This document shows, in pieces, positions 57,756 to 64,000 of a stretch of DNA of 64,000 bases. A program made the position numbers and the translations under genes. Below the pieces are notes generated by a model. The model ran no database searches. It was not told the origin of the DNA and was given only the letters and a program-made list of their open reading frames with translations. Source of the stretch: Cyanophora paradoxa CCMP329 (Eukaryota; Plantae; Glaucophyta); the NCBI GenBank assembly GCA_004431415.1, contig QPMI01000695.1, positions 21,198 to 85,197 on the forward strand. The letters are read 5' to 3'. How positions within the stretch are numbered: position 1 is the first letter of the stretch; each line of letters opens with the position of its first letter.

Positions 57756-58475
57756 GTGGATCCCGGCGCCGGCGAGTCCGCAACAGCCCAGAGCGGTGCA
57801 CGTGACGAAGCGCCCGCGAAGCCAGGCTCAAAGGAGAAGGGCGAAACTCCGTCGGGACACGCGGCAGCGGAGCCCGTCAAGCGCGCGGCGGCCAGGAACG
57901 AGATTGTCGCGGGGACGAAGCCGATTGCCCTGGCGATGGCCTTCAACCTGAAGCCGAAGCCGCACCTCATCCCGATAGCGCAGCGCTCCGTGCAGAACAA
58001 GGAGGTGCGCCGCGCCGCCCCGCGCCCTGCCGCGCCTTGCCGCGGGCGCCCCCCGCGTCACGCGCGCCCGGCCAGCTGTACGCGCGGCTGCGGGGGTACT
58101 CGTTCATCCTCGCCCCGCCCGACGAGATCGACACGAAGCGGTGCGGGGGGGAAGGGGCCTCCGCCACCGCGTCGCCGCCTGAAGCCGCGCCCGCCCTGGC
58201 ATGATGGACGCCCTCGCAGGCCCCCGGCCTGGCACAAGGTGCTGGAGGTCAGGAGGTGAGCAAGGGGCGCCCCCGCCGCCGCGTACCCCCCGCTCACTTC
58301 CCCCGCCCCTTCCAGGAACCTCGACCACTTCGAGTGGGTCTGCTGGTTGACGGTGCGCGTGGGTCCCCCCGGCCCCACCCCCCTGCTCTCCACCCCCCCT
58401 CCCCCTCTCAGACGCGCTCGGCCAGTGGACACCGTCATCTCCAACTTCGAGATCAAGATCGAGGACCTGGGCGAG

Positions 58476-58510
<35 letters not shown>

Positions 58511-59815
58511 TCCCAGCTCCCCAGCCTTCCTCTCCCCTCCGCCTCCCTGATTCGCTTGCGCTGCAGTCGGGGACGGGAGGCGGGAGCTGGTCGTGGCGAA
58601 GACCTACGAGTCTTTCGACATCGGCGAGGAGAGTGCGCGCCCCGCCCCACGCGCCCCGGCCCCCGCCTCGGCTCTAGAGCCCCGGGTGGCGCTGGGGCCT
58701 GGGCGAGCGCCGCGAGCCCTCAGAGCTAGAGCCCAGAGCCCTGGGCCCTCCCGCCTGCAGCTTTCGCCCGCTCCGCCCTCGCGCCGGCGTCCGACGCTGG
58801 CCCCGGCGCAGCCAAGCGGCAGGAGCACCGCCTCAACAGCGGTGCCGGCCCCCGCCGCGCCCCGCGGGCCGGGGGCGGCGCCATCTGAGGGGGGGCGGGG
58901 GCAGGGGTCTACTGCATGCGGAACTCGAGCTGGTCGCGCATGTTCCTCGACCGCGTCTACGCGGAGGTCCTCCCGCCCCCCCCCCGCCCCGCCCCGGCCC
59001 CGCGCCGCCAGCCCGCCCGCGCGCCGCCCAGCCGGGCCCTCGCGGGGCGCGCAGGAGAAGCTGGTCAAGCACCCGAACTGGGAGCAGCGCGCCATGCAGG
59101 TCCTCCTCCGGTGCGCCCTGCGCGCGGCCCGGCAGCGCCGCCGCCGCGGGGCCCCGCTGAGGGCGGGGCGGGGGCGCGGCAGCGACAACCCGGAGTGGCT
59201 GGAGCACGTGCTCTACCGCGACGAGCACGAGATGAACGTCCACAACTGTGCGCGGCGCCCCCGGGGGCCCCTCGCGCCCGCCCGGCTCGGCTGAGGGGCG
59301 GGCCCGGGGCGCAGAACTGCCAGCCGAAGAAGTGCGAGATGGACATCCGCGAGCGCCTCGACGCCCTCCTCGAGCAGGCCCGCCCCCGGCCCCGGCCCCG
59401 GCCCCGGCCCCAGCCCCCTCAGCTGCCCCGCAGGAGCGCAAGGGGCACCCCGCGGAGGTCGCCGCCTCCGTCGCCGGCCTCAACCTCATCGCCGCCGTGC
59501 CCGGCCCCGCCCCCTCCCCCTTCTCCCGCCCGCCCCGCGCCGCCCCCTGACGCTGGGGCAGACGTACCCCGAGCTGACGATCGAGGAGCTGCGGAAGGAG
59601 GCGGAGGCGCGGGGCCGGGCCGAGCGCGACCGCAAGGAGGCCCGCCCCCCCGGCGCCGCCCCCGGGGCCGGGGCCGCCCCCTCCTCACCCTCCCCGCGCA
59701 GGCCGAGGAGCGGGCCAAGGTGGGGAAGGAGGTGAAGGAGAAGGAGGGGAAGCAGGGGAGGAGGCGGGCCCTCGCCCTCGCCCCGCCCCCCGACGACCAC
59801 AGCGTCTGCTTCTAG
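57756..59815 (+). CDS. GT34 (GMA12/MNN10-type) glycosyltransferase, multi-exon; start not resolved
   Basis: Exon peptides QNKE|LYARLRGY, PAWHKV, HFEWVCW, VISNFEIKIEDL, VYCMRNSSWSRMFLDRV and NWEQRAM follow the GT34 motif order; short C-rich introns. Confidence 0.75.
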
Positions 59816-60159
59816 CTGTGGCCAGGCAGTAGGGTTGGTTGAAGAAGAAGACTGTACCCCGGACTGTGTCTTGAATTAGATTACCGCTTCGAATCCCCCC
59901 AAAAATTTTAGAGGCTGATAGTCGCGTGCACGTGGGGGAAGGGGAAGGGGGTCCTTCCCGGGCCCCAATTAAGGATATCGATAACAAGGTAATCGCAAAT
60001 TAATGACGCTGTACGAAATAACTGTTCATTGGTAATCGAAACGGTCTAAAAAATACAAGTATACGTAAACGAGGTAAACGCATACTATAGCTATACAAGT
60101 TTACGCAAACGCAGTAAACGTACGTAAAAATACAAGTATACGTATATGCCATGATGAAA

Positions 60160-61180
60160 CCCGCCGGCTCAACCGCCTCAGCGCCCTCAATGAGGGCAAG
60201 ACTAACGAGGAGGCAGCCAAGATCGCGGCGGAGATCGCCGCCAAGTCCCGCAAGCGCGCGGCCGAGCGCCTCGGGCCCGACGCGCGCAAGAAGGACAAGG
60301 GCGGCGCCGCCGCCCCCGCCGCCCGGCTGCCCCCGCGCCCCACCCCGCCGCCGCCGCCGTCGCGGCAGCCGCCGCCGCCGCCCCGCGCCGATCGCCGCCC
60401 CCGCGCCCGCCCGGGCCCGGCCCCCGCCCCGGCCCGCCCCGGCCAACATCACGCTCGCCAACTACCAGGCCACCCAGAAGCTCCTCACCGAGCTCACGGC
60501 GGCCATCGGCGGCCCCGCCGCCGTAGAGGCCTACCTCGCCGGCCGCCGCGCCGCGGCGGCGGACAACGCAGCGGCGTAGACTCTCTAGGACCCTCCTAGA
60601 GCTGGGGCCCCCGGCCACCCCTTTCTTTCTTTTTTTCCTTTAGTCACTTCTTCTTACCTGACTCAGTGAGCGGCCTCAAGGCCTTGCTCCCCTCACGGGC
60701 GAGACACACAGCTGTCATGTATGCTCTGTGAAGCAATGCCAGGCGCGCGCTCACGACCCCCGATCAGGCCACCCTCGCCACTCGCCCCGCACCTTAGCCC
60801 CGGCCCCGCTGGGCCCCCACCTAGCCCGTGCTCACCCCTCCCTTACGTACCTAGCCCCATCCCGGCCCCCCGGGACACCCGCCCCGCGCCTCTCACGCCC
60901 AAAGATAGGGGGATGTGCAACCGCCCTAGGCCTGTACTACCCCCCACCCCCCCCAACCGACTACGCACCGCCGACGCGAGCCCAAGAAGGACACCCCGCC
61001 CAAGCTCTCCCCCCACACTGAACGCTTATAGTTAGCGTCGAAGCGCCTATCCCTGTGTAGCGGCCACAGGTTATGAGCTGACCCAGAGTTCGGCCTATTC
61101 CGAACCGGTAGTGCATACGTTGAAGTCAGTGGTCTGAGAATAAAACCAGCGCCCAAGAATTGGGCTATCCTGAAAAAAAA
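60160..61180 (+). mobile_element. 5'-truncated poly(A) retroposon, copy 2
   Basis: 14-bp TSD ATGCCATGATGAAA at 60146-60159 and 61181-61194; A8 tail; ORF tail ends at 60579; conserved block 61033-61119. Confidence 0.85.
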
Positions 61181-61330
61181 ATGCCATGATGAAAATAGAT
61201 GTTCAGGTATATAAATGTGGTCGATATATATCACTAGTTATTCAATAGTAGTAGTTTAAGAAACGCTAATCAATATAAGCTATCGGGCGCCTGAGCCCGG
61301 GGTCGGGGGCGGAGCCAGCCAGCCACCCGG

Positions 61331-63510
61331 CTAGCCGCGCTGGGCTTGGAGCTCGAAGGGGGCCGGCTCGGGGAAGAAGGCGGCGAGCCAGGCGCGGAGG
61401 GGGGCCTCCAGGGCCCGCGCCTTGTCCGGCGCCAGGTCGTCGTTCACGCAGAAGAAGGCGGGGAGCGTCGCCGCGACCGGGACGAGCTTCGTCGCAAGCT
61501 GCGCAGTGAATTGTGTGAGCTCAGAGCTCAAAGTAAGCTGAAGCTTGAGCGTAAGCTTGAGTGAGCTTAGCTAAGTCACCAGCCGCGCAGTCATGTAAGT
61601 TCTAGCTCTTCCCCCCTCCTTGACAAGAGGGCGGGTGGGAAGGGAGGGAGGGAGGGAGGGAGGGAGGGAGGACCGTGGTGCCACGGTGGTGTCAATGGGG
61701 AGGACGGCCTTGAGCGCGGTGAAGGAGGCGTGGAAGCGGTCCGCCTCCAGCGTGGGGAGCTGGGCCCCCGGCCCGGCGGCGTCGGCGGCACCCCGCCCGG
61801 CGGCACGTACGGCGGCGCGGCCGGCCACTCCCGCTCGGGCGCCCCGTGCGCCGCCAAGCGCGGCGCCGGCGCCAGCGCGTCCTCCAGCCGGGTGCACGTT
61901 CGGCTATGGTGGGGGGGTCGGGGCGGGGGGAGAAGCGGCGCACGGGGACGGAGGGCTCGGGCCCGGAGCGGGGCCACTGATCCTCGCGGGCCGGAAGAGA
62001 CAGACGGAAGAACCGTCGCCTGGAAGCGCCGGAAGAGCGGGGCGCCGGAAGAGCGGCCGCCTGCCCCGCCGCTCCACCAGACAACAACTTAAGGAGCGGG
62101 GGGGGGGGGGGGGGGGGGGGGGGGGGAGGAGATGAAGAAGGGACGCACCTCGCCACGAAGGTCGGCTGCGTACCGAAGGAGGGCCGCCAGGGCTTCTGTC
62201 GCGGTCTTCTCCTTCTCCTTGTCCCGGAGGAGGCCGCGGGGGCCGGGAGGAGGGCCCTCAGCTGCACCGGCAGCGCCTCCAACTCGCCCCTGTCGAGCGC
62301 CCCGTCCCCGTCCCGGTCCCTGGGGTACCGTGTTCAACGGGAGGGGGCGGAAGGAGCGCGGGAGGGGTACAGGGCACCATAAATAGGCGGCGGAGGCGCG
62401 CAGGGACTCCTCGGCGTACCGCTCGACGAGGAGATGCGGCGCCAGGAAGAACACGTGCGCGTCCTGCGGGGGGTGCATGCAAGGGCGTTGGAAGGGGGGA
62501 GGGGATGGGAGGGGTACGGGGAAGCGCACCTCCTTGGAGCGGAAGCGGCGGCGGGCCTGGGCGCGGAAGGCGTCGGGCCACGTCTCCGCCACCTGCCCGG
62601 GGGCGGGGCGAACGGAGGAGGTCATTATAAGCCACGGAGGCTGGGCGGGGCGCCACGGGACCACCAGCGCCGTCGCGCCCACCTGCGCAGCCGTCGGCGC
62701 GGGCCGGGACGGGACGGGGCCGGGGGCGGGCCTCGAGGAGGGGGAGGCGGTTGAGGGCCCGGCCGCCTCCTCCGCCTCCGCGCTGCCGCCCGTCAGGGCG
62801 GGAGGCGTGAGGGCGCGCTGGTCGCGTGGCCCGGCAGAGCGCGTGCAGCCAGCTTGGGCCGGCCGGCGTCGTGGCGGGCGGCGCTGAGGATGCCCGGCAC
62901 GGTGACGGTCCAGTCCCCCGCGGCCCGCTCCTCGAGCCTGCGCCCGCCCGTGAGGGCCGCCCCCGGCCCCGGGCGGGGCGGGGGCGGGGCGCGCGGGGCC
63001 GGAGGACGAGGGAGAGGCGGCCGGCGCGGCTCGAGAGGGCGTGATGCGCGCCGCGATCTCGCCGACGTCCAGCTGGCCCCGGGCCGCCCCGCCACCTCGA
63101 CCCTCTGCGCCCGGCGCGCTCGGCCCGACCCGCCGTGCCCGCTCAGAGCGGCGCTCGGGCGCGCACGACGGCCGCCCCGAGAAGTCGTTCGCGCTCAGCC
63201 AGTGCTGGAAGGGCGCGGTGGCGACTTCCCGGCCGCGCGTCCTCAGCACGCAGGACGGGATGGGCGCGCCCGCCTCGTCTGCGGGGCGCGTCGGGGCGGA
63301 GGGCGGGGGAGCGGGCGCCGGGGAGCCGGCGGGCCGTGCAGGCCGCCTCGAGGGCGCTGGGCCACGGCGGCGGCGTCGGGCGCGGCACGCGCGGCGCGTC
63401 GATGTCCACGCGGAAGGGCACGATCTTGGACTGCGCGGGGCGCGCTCGGCGGGGGCGACGCGGCCCGGGCCGGCACACCGACCTGGTTGCCCCCGATGAA
63501 GAAGGCCTAG
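61331..63510 (-). CDS. Stealth-family (GNPTAB-like hexose-1-phosphate transferase) gene, 3' exons
   Basis: CR4-like FFCVNDD...WLAAFFPEPAPFE and CR3-like ETWPDAFRAQARRRFRSKE|DAHVFF..H; short introns; CR1/CR2 not seen, so 5' limit uncertain. Confidence 0.7.
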
Positions 63511-64000
63511 GGCTCTGCCGCGTTGCAGGGCTCGTCAGCTCGCAAGGCGCGTGGCAGTGGTCGCGGGGCAGTGCCGACCTCCGGTCTGCCCGTGGATGTG
63601 CTCCGTGAGGAGCGTGGCCCGCAGGCGGGTGCCGCAGCTCAGGATGCGCTCCCCCGCGACCGCGTACATGTGCGATGGCGCAGATGCGTGCGTCGAGCGC
63701 TGATCGCTGATCTCGGGCGCCGTGGAGCATGCGCGTCGGACCATAGCTAGATCAAGCTGGCTAGGCAGGCGGCCCTAACCCAACCAGCTACGGCGGGTCA
63801 GGGGCGAGACCAAGACCACGAGCCGTTTTACCCGTGTATAGCCGTTCCCTGCCGTACCCTTCCGACTCATCTACGGTGATCTACCGTACGATATCGATGA
63901 TCGACGAGTCATCGTGTCCGACGTGACGCGTACGACGGTCGTCACGACGACGCCGCCCGGCCGCACGCGCGCGGCCGCTGTCGGCCGTTTTAATTTCTGA

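Overview
A GC-rich eukaryotic (alga/protist-like) window with short C-rich introns, many apparently GC-AG, dominated by nested transposable elements. The centrepiece is a 36.7-kb Ty3/gypsy-type retroelement locus (5450-42108; about 22.5 kb once a nested insert is removed). It has a 3122-aa Gag-like ORF1 (CCHC knuckle), a large ORF2 ending in an aspartic protease, a likely programmed -1 frameshift into RT, and RNase H and integrase. I found no LTRs; instead it is bracketed by an identical 267-bp direct repeat that looks like duplicated target DNA. ORF1 carries four copies of the ubiquitin C-terminus LRLRGG written with different codons, and ORF2 contains an OTU-deubiquitinase-like domain (catalytic Cys not visible in this copy). 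This suggests a retrotransposon that processes its polyprotein with ubiquitin-type cleavage sites, the best candidate for a new system here. Nested inside is a RAG1/Transib-like transposase gene facing a convergent BAH-like gene, itself split by an 8.5-kb foldback TIR element containing a ~348-bp satellite. The rest holds a degenerate REV3 (pol zeta) gene, two 5'-truncated poly(A) retroposon copies sharing an 87-nt structured 3' block, a CAC-terminal TIR element, a GT34 glycosyltransferase gene and part of a Stealth-family gene. All family assignments are by-eye motif recognition; no searches were run.
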